From sequence record SRR22947725_6578: a DNA stretch of 37,938 nucleotides. One strand, given 5' to 3'. A program made the position numbers and the translations under genes. Shown here piece after piece: positions 8,806 through 18,523 of this stretch; the first letter of the stretch is position 1, and each line of letters opens with the position of its first letter. Under the pieces are notes generated by a model, which was given only the letters and a program-made list of their open reading frames with translations, searched no databases and was not told the DNA's origin.

Positions 8806-9182
8806 GCGCCAACACCCGCATCCTGCGCGCCAAGCGCCTGATTAAGCTCCAGCAGATTACCCGAAGGATCTTTAAAGAAGCACTGCCAGCATACATCGGC
8901 CATGGCCGAGGGCTCTGAGACGTCAACCCCTTGGGCCGTAAGATGGGCCCGCGCAGCCTCAATATCGGTGACATCAAACGCGAAATGCTGACCCTTTGGC
9001 GCCTCAAACCCAGGCACCTCAAGCAAATGGAGCTGTTGATCTCCCATAGCAAGCCAAGCCCCCTTAAACCCCATTTCTGGGCGTGGAATCGCTTGAAACC
9101 CTAGAATCTCTGTATAAAATTTTGTGTCGCGCGCGGCATCAGTCACATTAAGCGAGATATGATGGACCTTTGATAGCTGCAA
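8802..9182 (-). CDS. VOC (glyoxalase/bleomycin resistance/dioxygenase) family protein
   Basis: Motifs HHISLNV, FYTEILGF, QLHL, HFAF and FFKDPSGNLLEL. TTG start follows AGGAGG. Stop overlaps the redoxin start (ATGA at 8805-8802). Confidence 0.92.
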   Translation of the reverse strand: MQLSKVHHISLNVTDAARDTKFYTEILGFQAIPRPEMGFKGAWLAMGDQQLHLLEVPGFEAPKGQHFAFDVTDIEAARAHLTAQGVDVSEPSAMADVCWQCFFKDPSGNLLELNQALGAQDAGVGA

Positions 9183-9259
9183 AGTGAACCTCCTATAAAA
9201 CCTTTCTCATTTTAAGTCTTGGCCAAGCCAGCTGAAACAGCGCGCTGAGCATATGGTCA

Positions 9260-9670
9260 TTACTCGACGACGTGTAATTGAACCGGTATCCCCTCACAGA
9301 CGTCGACCGATGCCCCCGTCAGCGTCTCAATGATCTGATCGGCCAGACCATACTTTTCACGTCTGAGCACATGGTACCGTGCATGCATGGCAATCGCTTG
9401 CTGCGCTAAATAGTCAATCTTAACCCCATCGCGCAACAAGCTGATCGGCCCAGGTGCTTTTATGCCCTCAAGCCAGTTGTCCCCTTCTCCGCCATGCTCA
9501 ATCAGCGTCACGTCACCATCATCAACAATCCAGACGCGGACTTCATCAAAGCCGCCCTCCACACTCGGACGCAGTAACGTGACCACTTCACCACCCATTT
9601 CAGATGCAGCGAGAATCACCAGAAAGTACGCCGGCACGACCGCCAAAAGGATAAGAACAATCCGCTTCAT
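9260..9670 (-). CDS. Hypothetical protein with N-terminal membrane anchor; possibly split-barrel (DUF385/DUF2255-like) fold
   Basis: ATG 9670 follows GAGGG and gives MKRIVLILLAVVPAYFLVILAASE. The EVVTL...VRVWIVDDG...W...REKYG pattern suggests the fold (weak inference). The ORF-track extension to 9838 is probably not translated. Confidence 0.7.
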   Translation of the reverse strand: MKRIVLILLAVVPAYFLVILAASEMGGEVVTLLRPSVEGGFDEVRVWIVDDGDVTLIEHGGEGDNWLEGIKAPGPISLLRDGVKIDYLAQQAIAMHARYHVLRREKYGLADQIIETLTGASVDVCEGIPVQLHVVE

Positions 9671-10243
9671 AAAGACCCTCGTTTGACATTTCTTGATTAT
9701 GAATGTTTGAAGACACCGATAGGTTAAACCAATTGCCAAAGGTATGACCAGCGGATTACAAACGCTGTATAACCCGCGCTCTGCAGCACCAATTCGTTGC
9801 AAAACCCCAATTTCACGGGTCAAAACGACAGATGCCAAAAAAACGTCTGCGCCACCTTACGCCGTTGCAACGGCACAATTCATACAGGACAAATACAATC
9901 GATTGAAAAAAGATAACCGACCAGCGCCTGGCCAATCGCAATTGGGGCAGAACAAGATAGCAGATCCTAGCACCTTACCCTCGAGCATCGTTTTAAGGGG
10001 TCGCGTTAGTGGTACGGCTTAGCGCCTTGCCCCCGATTACGGCGAATGACGCAACCGCTTGTAACCGTATGCTCGGTCGCCAGCAGTCACAAAGCGGCGG
10101 GTTTAAGCCCCTGCCGGATCCATTCAGAACTCGCGCGTTATGCGATCGCTGTGACCTGATCGCACTTTTACCGCGGCTGAGGGTTAGCGAAGACGACCAA
10201 AGGTCTTTTCATTGATCAAACTGCGTACCGGATTAGATTGACG

Positions 10244-11149
10244 TCATAACGCGAAGGTTACGCCGGTTAGGTCTTCCGAGATCTGCCAAAGCCGTTCCCA
10301 GAGCTGGGAATCGCGCGCAGCAGGATCGATTACCGCGCGTTTTGCCGATCGAGCAAACTCCCCCCAACCCGCGGGACCATAATAGTCGCCACTGATTGCC
10401 TCGGGATCCGTCGCGGCTCGAAGGGTTGGCAGCGCGCCTTCGGCTGATGAATTCATGATCAACTCTAAGGGCAAAAACAAATACTTTAAGGGCCCAAGAT
10501 GGCGACCTAATTCTGTGTTCGAGCCACCCGGGTGACAGGCGATCGCCTTCAATCCAACCTGGGCTTGAGCAAGCTTTTCACTCAAAGCTAGCGTAAACAA
10601 AATGTTGGCAAGCTTGCTCATTTGATAGCGCTTCATTCGGCTATAACTTTGATTCGCCTGAAGGTCATCAAAATCGATCTTACCGCCTCGGTGCGCCAAA
10701 CTGCTGACCGTGACAATTCGGGCATCAGGCTGCCGTTTCAAGATCGGCAATAAGTGCCCCGTCAGGGCAAAGTGTCCGAGATGGTTAACCCCAAACTGCA
10801 GTTCAAACCCATCTTGGGTGCATGTTTTCGGCGGCACCATGACACCCGCATTATTGACCAGCAAATCCAATCGATCCTCTGCAAGCACCTGCTCAGAGGC
10901 CGATCGAATTGACGCAAGTGACGTTAAATCTAGCTCGACCCACGCAAGGCTGGCACCTGGCGCGCGCGCTCGAATGGCATTCATCGCCTTCATTGCGCGC
11001 TGTTCATCACGACAACCCAACAAAACCCGCGCGCCTTTTTCCGCCAAAACCCGCGCCGTATCAAAGCCAATGCCCGTATTGGCGCCCGTGACGAACACTG
11101 TTTTACCGTCCTGACTCGGCACCTGGCTCTCTTGGTAACGCTCTGACAA
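10244..11149 (-). CDS. Short-chain dehydrogenase/reductase (retinol dehydrogenase/WWOX-like subfamily)
   Basis: Motifs TGANTGIG, LDLTSL, NNAG, FGVNHLGHF, YQMSK (YxxxK) and HPG. Start TTG 11149 follows TAAGGAG. Confidence 0.93.
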   Translation of the reverse strand: MSERYQESQVPSQDGKTVFVTGANTGIGFDTARVLAEKGARVLLGCRDEQRAMKAMNAIRARAPGASLAWVELDLTSLASIRSASEQVLAEDRLDLLVNNAGVMVPPKTCTQDGFELQFGVNHLGHFALTGHLLPILKRQPDARIVTVSSLAHRGGKIDFDDLQANQSYSRMKRYQMSKLANILFTLALSEKLAQAQVGLKAIACHPGGSNTELGRHLGPLKYLFLPLELIMNSSAEGALPTLRAATDPEAISGDYYGPAGWGEFARSAKRAVIDPAARDSQLWERLWQISEDLTGVTFAL

Positions 11150-11375
11150 TCGTCTGCTCCTTACACCGGACCATAAAATCTTGTGATTCAGGCGCCGTCT
11201 ATCGCGCACGCGTTAAACAAGACTTAGCGCTTATACAAGAAACAACACCCTATTGAGGCTTATTCCGCCACACCGAATAACGGCCTTTTAGACGACCGGT
11301 CTGGAGCTAAAAAACGGCCAGCAGCGCAACACAATAAAAGCTGCACCCTGTGCTCGTCTTCATCACATAACGGCT

Positions 11376-13076
11376 TTAACCGCGTTGGAATTCTCGAATC
11401 ACTTCGCCAGGACGACTGCCGCTGTGCGCACAGTTCTCGACAACCACTTGACCTGCAACCAAGGTCGCGGTGTAGCCCGAACTCTTTACAATGAACCGAC
11501 CGCCACCATGGGGGAAATCGTTAACATACTCTGGATGATGCGTCGCAAGGCGATCGTAATCGATGACATTAATATCCGCGATATACCCTTCTCTTAAAAC
11601 ACCGCGATCTTTTAGGCCCAATACCTCGGCCGATTGCTGGGTAATTTTATGAATCGCAGCAGGCAAGGTGTACACCTTTTGCTTGCGCGTTAATTCGCTC
11701 AGCAACACGGTCGGCGAATCGGTATCGGTAAAGATCCCCACATGCGCGCCCGCATCGCCCAACATCGGAATCACATGATCCAGCTGCATATATTCCCATT
11801 GGTTTTCAAGCGCGCCGCCGAAGGCCCAGTAGTTAAACAGCTCCCGACCTTCAGAGGCCAGAAGGCGATCAATGTACATTTCAACGGGGTCGCAGCCAGC
11901 GGCATCGGCCAACTGTTGCAGTGATGATTTTCGGTCAAAATCTAAATCTGGCGTTTCACCCATTCCAAACGGATGCAGCATTGACGCCATTTTCGACAAA
12001 TGCCCAATCTTGATCCCGTCTTTAATCAACTGCGCACGGGTGCTCGCATTTCTGAGCGCATCAACTCGATCACTGATCGTTGGCAGGGCCATCAGGGACC
12101 GCCAAGCTTCTGAGTCCTTCGTGAAGGGCGACAACTGCGCCAAGCCAAAGAAGGCGCCACTCGGGCGGGTATGACAAAGCGATGCAACTCGCTTGCCGCC
12201 TTGGTTGTGCTGTCGGAAAAAATCAGCCCAGCGACTCACCCCGCCATCACCATTTGACCCGGTCCCGCCTGAAAATAAAATCTGGCAACCCAATTCGGCG
12301 CCTTGCTCGAACATCTTAAGCTCGGTGTCCATACGTGTTTGAAAATCATTGGCTGATTGGAACAACGCGCCAACGCCACCGGCTTCGATCACGGCTTGCT
12401 GAATCGCACCAGTCTCACGTAAATCGGCCCAGGTCCCAGGCGTGCATCGGCCATCGGGCACGGTGTGTGGAATAAACCGCGAGGTTGAAAACCCAACGGC
12501 GCCGGCTTCGACCGACTCTTTAACCATACGAACAATTTCAGCGAGCTGCCGATCATCCGCCTGGACATCTTTATCCATGGAAGCATCTCCCATAGCTTCG
12601 AAGCGAATCGCCGAATGTCCGGCCAAACCCACGATGTTCAGGGCGGGCTTTAACGCCTGAACCGAATCCAGGTAACCGCCATAATCCGTCCAGTTCCACG
12701 GCAGGCCATCTAAAATGGCTTCAGCAGCAATGTCCTCAACCGACTCCATAAGCTTGGCCATGTATTGCCGGTTTTTTTCTGCCACTGGCGCAAACCCAAC
12801 GCCACAATTACCAATCAGCGCTGTGGTCACCCCATGATAAGAACTCGAGGTCAACTCTGGATCCCAGCCCACTTGCGCATCCAAATGGGTATGCAAGTCG
12901 ACAAAACCCGGCGTGACGGTTTGCCCGGTTGCATCAATGGTTTTCCCCGCGGAATGCTCACCAAGATCGCCAAGTTTCGCGATCCTACCGTCTTTGATCG
13001 CCACATCGCCTTGATAAGGGGCGCCGCCCGTGCCGTCAACAATGGTGCCGCCGGTGATGATTGTGTCGTAGTTCAT
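11376..13076 (-). CDS. N-acyl-D-amino-acid deacylase family amidohydrolase
   Basis: Motifs GGTIVDGTG, PGFVDLHTHLD, GVTT..IGNCGVGFAP, DAGAHV and DRGVLREGYIADINV. Confidence 0.9.
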   Translation of the reverse strand: MNYDTIITGGTIVDGTGGAPYQGDVAIKDGRIAKLGDLGEHSAGKTIDATGQTVTPGFVDLHTHLDAQVGWDPELTSSSYHGVTTALIGNCGVGFAPVAEKNRQYMAKLMESVEDIAAEAILDGLPWNWTDYGGYLDSVQALKPALNIVGLAGHSAIRFEAMGDASMDKDVQADDRQLAEIVRMVKESVEAGAVGFSTSRFIPHTVPDGRCTPGTWADLRETGAIQQAVIEAGGVGALFQSANDFQTRMDTELKMFEQGAELGCQILFSGGTGSNGDGGVSRWADFFRQHNQGGKRVASLCHTRPSGAFFGLAQLSPFTKDSEAWRSLMALPTISDRVDALRNASTRAQLIKDGIKIGHLSKMASMLHPFGMGETPDLDFDRKSSLQQLADAAGCDPVEMYIDRLLASEGRELFNYWAFGGALENQWEYMQLDHVIPMLGDAGAHVGIFTDTDSPTVLLSELTRKQKVYTLPAAIHKITQQSAEVLGLKDRGVLREGYIADINVIDYDRLATHHPEYVNDFPHGGGRFIVKSSGYTATLVAGQVVVENCAHSGSRPGEVIREFQRG

Positions 13077-13441
13077 TGGTTTACTCCCGAGACTGTTTTA
13101 GGATCGCTGGCATGAAGCGTCATGCGCTCGAATCGACAGCTTAGAACATGCCACATTGCAGCGGAGGCTGTCTACCGATCCTGGGATTAAGCTGACGATC
13201 AAAGGCAGGCTTTGTTAGCGCTCGCGGCGGCTTGAATCGGGATTACCGTCTGACAGAAAATCTCTTGGAAGCATGCAATTGAGACAATGAAACACTGAAC
13301 GGTGCGGTTAGCGGCCATTTTGGAGCATGCCCCAACAAAGCGGCGGCGAGAACGAGTGCCCTGTTTAAATTAAAAAGGTTCCACAAGTGATGCAGTCAAT
13401 GCTTCTATGGCTTGAGCTTGGGCTCGGGTCTGGCACTAGAA

Positions 13442-14764
13442 TTAGGACAAATCCCCGAAAAATCGAAATCCTGACCCGCTATTAAACGGAAAGCGAGCGG
13501 CCAGCGGCGAATCGGCTAGGCCCAGCAGTTGCCGCAACTGCTCATGAACATCTTTGGGATAAATGATGGCGCCTCTGCTTGGGTCCGCCTGAAGGCTTAC
13601 AGGGTCGATCGCAATCGCGTTTTGCCGTTCGTCGGTCAAGCCTACGACTCGGCTGCCCCAACTCGGCGCTTTTTGCATCACCATCACCGAACCAATCGGC
13701 CAGTGGTCTTTGCCTTGCTGAGAATTGTACTCGGGGGTTCGCGAGAAGTCCGAGCCCACAACAACCGTTAATCGATCGGCGTATCCCGCCGTTTCCGCCA
13801 GTGTCCAAATCAAATCAATGGACTCATTCAATAATTGGACCAGCGGTTTGTGCAAGGCATCGTGATCGTCATGGGTATCAAAGCCCCCCATCTGAACATC
13901 CGCAGCACAGGCCACGCCGGCTGCAAACGCTGAGCTTGCGACCTGAACTTGGGCTTTCAAGTTGTTGTGCGTGATCTCATCCTGTGGAAAAATCGCTTCG
14001 GCCTTGGGCAGATAGTCAGCGAAGTCTTTTAAAGGCCCCCGCGCTCGGGTTGCTTCGCTAAAGGCCCGCAGATTGGCGGCTTCGCGCGGCGCGAGCTGAC
14101 CTCGGGCCTGCAACCGTTGTAGCCTAGCTTGACGATGTTCTTCTATGAGACTCAGCTCTGCGGGTTGTCTGAAAAACACCGGGTGTCCATTTTCATAATC
14201 AGGGTTGTCTATCAGTCGGCCTTGGAGATTGGGCTCGACAATTTCAGCAATCCCCGCCGGGTCCCCTTGTAGCTTGGTGTAGCTGATTAAATTTTCAGTC
14301 GACCCAAACCCACCGAAATTGACATAGGCCATAGGCGCGGTCGGCGCATAATGCGCAGCAAACAGCGCCGTCAAGGCAGGGTAACCGGCGGCATTACGCC
14401 CGCTCCAATTGTGTAAAACACCCGTGGTGTGCGAGTTGGTTTGCAGATCAACACCGTTGATTACCAGCATCTGCTGATGGTATTTTTCTACGAACCATTC
14501 ATTATTGGCAAAGGGGGCAAACTCGATGCCGCCAACGCGCACCGGGTCCAACGTTTCAGACCACGTGGTGATCGGGCGTTCGCCCGGTTGGTTGACCTTG
14601 GGGTCGCAATAGCTGGTTACATCCCACCCCCCTTCGGCATGAATTTGCAGCAGAAGCGGTCCCTCATGACCGCCGTCGACAATGCCACGGGACAGCGCGG
14701 GGTAACTCAAAGCAGGGATAACGCCCAAGCTCGACATCGCCTTCAGTAACGTTCGTCGCTTCAT
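13442..14764 (-). CDS. DUF1501 domain protein with Tat signal
   Basis: Twin-arginine leader MKRRTLLK. Motifs GGWD...DPK, TNSH, GGFDTH, GSDFSRTP and GKDHW match DUF1501 proteins. Confidence 0.85.
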   Translation of the reverse strand: MKRRTLLKAMSSLGVIPALSYPALSRGIVDGGHEGPLLLQIHAEGGWDVTSYCDPKVNQPGERPITTWSETLDPVRVGGIEFAPFANNEWFVEKYHQQMLVINGVDLQTNSHTTGVLHNWSGRNAAGYPALTALFAAHYAPTAPMAYVNFGGFGSTENLISYTKLQGDPAGIAEIVEPNLQGRLIDNPDYENGHPVFFRQPAELSLIEEHRQARLQRLQARGQLAPREAANLRAFSEATRARGPLKDFADYLPKAEAIFPQDEITHNNLKAQVQVASSAFAAGVACAADVQMGGFDTHDDHDALHKPLVQLLNESIDLIWTLAETAGYADRLTVVVGSDFSRTPEYNSQQGKDHWPIGSVMVMQKAPSWGSRVVGLTDERQNAIAIDPVSLQADPSRGAIIYPKDVHEQLRQLLGLADSPLAARFPFNSGSGFRFFGDLS

Positions 14765-14779
14765 CGGTTTGCCTCGCGC

Positions 14780-17700
14780 TTATTCATGCAGAAACCGAAA
14801 GTCCGTCATGAAATAGGTTAGCAACGTCATCCAAACCCCCTTCATCCGTGTAGAATCTGACGTGTCGAAATTGGATGTCTGCCAATTTTGGTTGTTGCAC
14901 TGCTGAGCAGGCCACTGGTTAAGATTCGCGTTATCCAAGGTGGATCGATACGCAAAAGCTTCTTCAACTAATTCGTAGGAGTGCGCCAGTTCTGGGTCAT
15001 CTAAGGCCAGCGTTTCACCGAGCAATTGTTTGTGTAGCGCTTGCAGCTGTTGCTTGATCTTTTCATTTTGCGTGTTGGGCAGCGCGGCGGTCAGCGCCAA
15101 GCCAATTTTGACCGGGTCCGGGCCATATTGCTCGCCCGCCGCGGATAATTTAATCAGATAGTCGCCTGTCACGGTCACAGACCAGGGTATTTGGATCGAG
15201 CCGCTGCAGCTCAATTGATAATAGTCTGCCGTTTGGTGGCCACACCCATCGATCGTCGAGCCCGCCGGCAGTGCTTCCGCCTCAAAGACGGACCGACTGC
15301 CATCTGGCGCAATCACTTCAATGCGATCAATTCTCGCATTTCGATCACCGTCTGCGTCCCCCCAATCGTTTAAGAAGCTGATACTGATCGTATGCTCGCC
15401 TTGAATCAGGGACACCGCTAGATCATAGGTTCGATCAAAATCGCTATTGGGCACCGAAAACTCTCCAAGCGCGGCCGAACGGTTCATCGGACTATCGCCT
15501 ATCTCGACTTCTGAAAACAAACGCCTTTTTTCAGGCCCTTCCTCAAACTCTCGGGCCACCAGTTCGCAGGCTGTGTCCAACGCCATTTTCTCTACGATAT
15601 TGAACATCATTGCCGTCGTCGACGGCGCACGTTGAGTCACGTTACGGGAATCAATACCGCCATAAAGCACTTTATACTCTCGGCTGAGCTTGGCTGCACG
15701 CGCGTGATAATCATGTTCTGAAAAATCATCGGAACTCCAGCCCCAGTAGTAACCGGCCAAATTATAAAACTTAAGGTCAAGCTCCTCAGGCGTTAACAGC
15801 CGCCGGGTGCCAATCTCGGCCAGCTGCGGGTTTTGGTTGCCATCGGCGCCGTTGACGCGAAACCAAGGGCTGGCCATTAGCTCAATAATCAGCTCGCGGC
15901 CGTTGTAAGCAGCAGCCGAGTTCAACCCAGCCTTAAAGTCGCTGGCAAGCGTATCGATAAAGTCTTTTTGCGCCTCAAAAACCGCCAGGCGGGTTTCAAA
16001 ATCAGCATCCGTTGTGACTTCCGGGGCTTGTGCCACCTCGCTGCCCATCACGGCCGGCCACCAAAACTTTATCGCTGCGCTGGCAAACCAAGCGTCTTCA
16101 GCAATCTGCCGCCCCAACCACTGCAGCGACGACCCTTCAGGAGGCGCCTCATCAGTCATAAAACCCGGCTTGCGCATATCGCGATACCAAGTATCGCCAT
16201 CTCCATAACCCCGTTCGCGGTCAACGATCAGCAGAACTTTAACGGGTTCGTCCCCCGCTTGGTCCCCGGCCGCCGTCAGTTGGAAGCTGTATTCCCCTGC
16301 AATGCTGACGGCAAAGGGGATGGTGATGCGGCCATTGCAACCTAACGTCAAAGAGCCTTCGTTAACCCAGGGGCAACCGTGGAACAAAGTGGCTTCCTCT
16401 GCCCGGCTCTCGAAATCAATTGTGAGCGCAAAGCTTTCAGGGCCCTCAATGGTCAGCGATTTGAATTTGGCATTTCGATCACCTTGGGTATCCTCGTCAT
16501 AAAAGTCATTGATAAAGCTCAGTTCAATAAAAACGGTCCCCGCTTCGAAATCGGCCGTTACCGCAGGTAAGGTCTCGAAGTCTGTATTCGCAATATCAAA
16601 ATCGGCTGCAAGCAATAATCCACGACTAACGGGATCGCGCAGACCCTGCTTGTAGTTGTCCGGCAAAGCATCTTTGCCACCCCAGGACTCATTTAACAAC
16701 CCGTTGTCCCCATACAACTGAAAGGACCCCGCAACCGGATCGAGGATCTGATGACAGACCGTACAGGCAGGATTTCGCATTGTTGGGTTATCGCTATCTG
16801 ATAACGCGGCGGGCTCGGTTGAACGCGGGGCGGACTTTTCGATATCAACGCCTAGAAAGTGATAAAAGGTCCATCGCGCCCGCGCGCGATTCCGATTGGT
16901 CTCGGTACTCGGGTAGCGGTGTAAAAAGGCAGGCGTATTTAAAACCCCAGCGTGAGGGTACGCAATGAAATCTGAATGCCCCGTCACTAGGCTCGTTTGG
17001 AACTCGGTGTCTTCCGAGGTAAGGAACTCATCAAAAATAATTTGGCCTCGGTTTTGCCCCGGCTTGAATTGCCGGTGATCGATACAGGGCGCATCAGGAA
17101 ACTTCTGACAATAGGAGATCTGCTCAGGATCACTCAACTCGAATTCAGCGCCACCGTTTAAAAAGTCATTCACCGCGTAATTCATCATCATATAATCTGC
17201 CGTCACCACCTCTTGGTAGTTGCGGTCGTTCTCAACGATATAGGCAATTAACTCAACGGCTGAACGCGCCAAGCCCCAGCGCCAATGATCGTATTTAGGC
17301 CAGTGAAAAAACCGTTCTCCCGCCTTAGCTTGTTCAGCAATAAACTCCTGATTTCCAATTGGATAATAACCAGGACCCTCCAGTGATGATTGATCAATAG
17401 GCTGCCCCTCAAGAAAGGCATCCGTTAGCAATCGGTCATTAGCACTGCGAGCCAGGAAATCGTGAAACCCGGGGGCCTTGGTTAGCGCCCGCAAAGATGC
17501 CTTTAAAGCCGCATCGTCATCACCGTCGAGTTGGGCATATTCGGTCTCGGTTGGATTACGGCCCAGCATCAAAATGGCCGCACGCCGCAAGGTCTCGGCG
17601 CTGCTTGTGAGCCGGGTGCCCTTGAAAAAGCCGTCCGTTGCAATCGGCGTTTTGACCGTACTACCGGACAAACCCGCGTCTACCTCAACCCGCTCGACAA

Positions 17701-18427
17701 ACGATCTAAAGATCTCATATTCCGGCGCGCTCTGGGTAAACACCGCGCCACCAATGTGATTCACACCTCGAAGTTTGCTGAGCAGCAGCGCGCCATTGCC
17801 CTGGGCAATAAAGCCCCGCAAGGTTTCGTAGTTCTGCTGTGATCCGGCCTCATCGACGTACACCAGGCGCGTGCCTTTGGCGATCCCGTTTGGGTTATGA
17901 CAACTCAGGCAATTCGCCAGTAAGACGTCAGAGACCGACGACTTGAAATAGTCTTCTGCACTGACCTTTGGATTTTCTCCCGAGCCAGGGTTGGTTCCGC
18001 CCGAGGTTTCTGGCTGCAGCGCATCGAGGAGATCAATCAACGTGGTCGCATCCGTCCGCACAGCCGACCCCCCTACCGCGCCAGCCACGAGCGCTGATCC
18101 TTGAAACCCGAACAAATATCGAATAATCAGCAGGCCATCGGTGAGCGGGAGCGTTGATCCGTCGCCATCGATATCAAATGCTGCTTTACGCGAATCCAAA
18201 CGCGCAACAATCGCATCTGCCGTGGTCACCGCCGCGTCGCTGCCAAGCGCGCCGGCAACCAAAGCCGTCCCACTAAAGCCGAAGAGGTACCGAATGATTA
18301 ACAGGCCATCCGTGAGGGCTGTTGCCTGGCCATCACCATCAATATCCAAGGAGACGGACTCTGATCGGCTCGCGGCAGGCATCAAACTCAATGCAAGACC
18401 GAGCAATATGATCGACAGAATCTTCAT
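14780..18427 (-). CDS. Large secreted protein: dockerin/EF-hand-like repeats, two CxxCH haem motifs, DUF1588/1592-like core, two CBM60-like modules
   Basis: 1215 aa with a Sec signal. Two copies of DIDGDG...LTDGLLIIRYLFGF (aa ~27-134). CLSCH at 17897-17911 and CTVCH at 16751-16765. HAGVLNTPAFL..YP...NRNRARA core. Two SF(I/L)ND...GDRNA modules. Ends DFRFLHE. Confidence 0.8.
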   Translation of the reverse strand: MKILSIILLGLALSLMPAASRSESVSLDIDGDGQATALTDGLLIIRYLFGFSGTALVAGALGSDAAVTTADAIVARLDSRKAAFDIDGDGSTLPLTDGLLIIRYLFGFQGSALVAGAVGGSAVRTDATTLIDLLDALQPETSGGTNPGSGENPKVSAEDYFKSSVSDVLLANCLSCHNPNGIAKGTRLVYVDEAGSQQNYETLRGFIAQGNGALLLSKLRGVNHIGGAVFTQSAPEYEIFRSFVERVEVDAGLSGSTVKTPIATDGFFKGTRLTSSAETLRRAAILMLGRNPTETEYAQLDGDDDAALKASLRALTKAPGFHDFLARSANDRLLTDAFLEGQPIDQSSLEGPGYYPIGNQEFIAEQAKAGERFFHWPKYDHWRWGLARSAVELIAYIVENDRNYQEVVTADYMMMNYAVNDFLNGGAEFELSDPEQISYCQKFPDAPCIDHRQFKPGQNRGQIIFDEFLTSEDTEFQTSLVTGHSDFIAYPHAGVLNTPAFLHRYPSTETNRNRARARWTFYHFLGVDIEKSAPRSTEPAALSDSDNPTMRNPACTVCHQILDPVAGSFQLYGDNGLLNESWGGKDALPDNYKQGLRDPVSRGLLLAADFDIANTDFETLPAVTADFEAGTVFIELSFINDFYDEDTQGDRNAKFKSLTIEGPESFALTIDFESRAEEATLFHGCPWVNEGSLTLGCNGRITIPFAVSIAGEYSFQLTAAGDQAGDEPVKVLLIVDRERGYGDGDTWYRDMRKPGFMTDEAPPEGSSLQWLGRQIAEDAWFASAAIKFWWPAVMGSEVAQAPEVTTDADFETRLAVFEAQKDFIDTLASDFKAGLNSAAAYNGRELIIELMASPWFRVNGADGNQNPQLAEIGTRRLLTPEELDLKFYNLAGYYWGWSSDDFSEHDYHARAAKLSREYKVLYGGIDSRNVTQRAPSTTAMMFNIVEKMALDTACELVAREFEEGPEKRRLFSEVEIGDSPMNRSAALGEFSVPNSDFDRTYDLAVSLIQGEHTISISFLNDWGDADGDRNARIDRIEVIAPDGSRSVFEAEALPAGSTIDGCGHQTADYYQLSCSGSIQIPWSVTVTGDYLIKLSAAGEQYGPDPVKIGLALTAALPNTQNEKIKQQLQALHKQLLGETLALDDPELAHSYELVEEAFAYRSTLDNANLNQWPAQQCNNQNWQTSNFDTSDSTRMKGVWMTLLTYFMTDFRFLHE

Positions 18428-18488
18428 TCGATTATCTTAGCACTGGGATCTCCTTGATCAATCACCAATCGAATTCCTTGCTATCGCC

Positions 18489-18523
18489 AAAGCCCGTCTA
18501 TAGAAAGCCCGTCTATAGAAAGC
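18489..18523. repeat. 15-bp tandem duplication AAAGCCCGTCTATAG x2.3
   Basis: Read directly. It lies about 60 bp upstream of the 1215-aa gene in a divergent promoter region. Confidence 0.9.
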
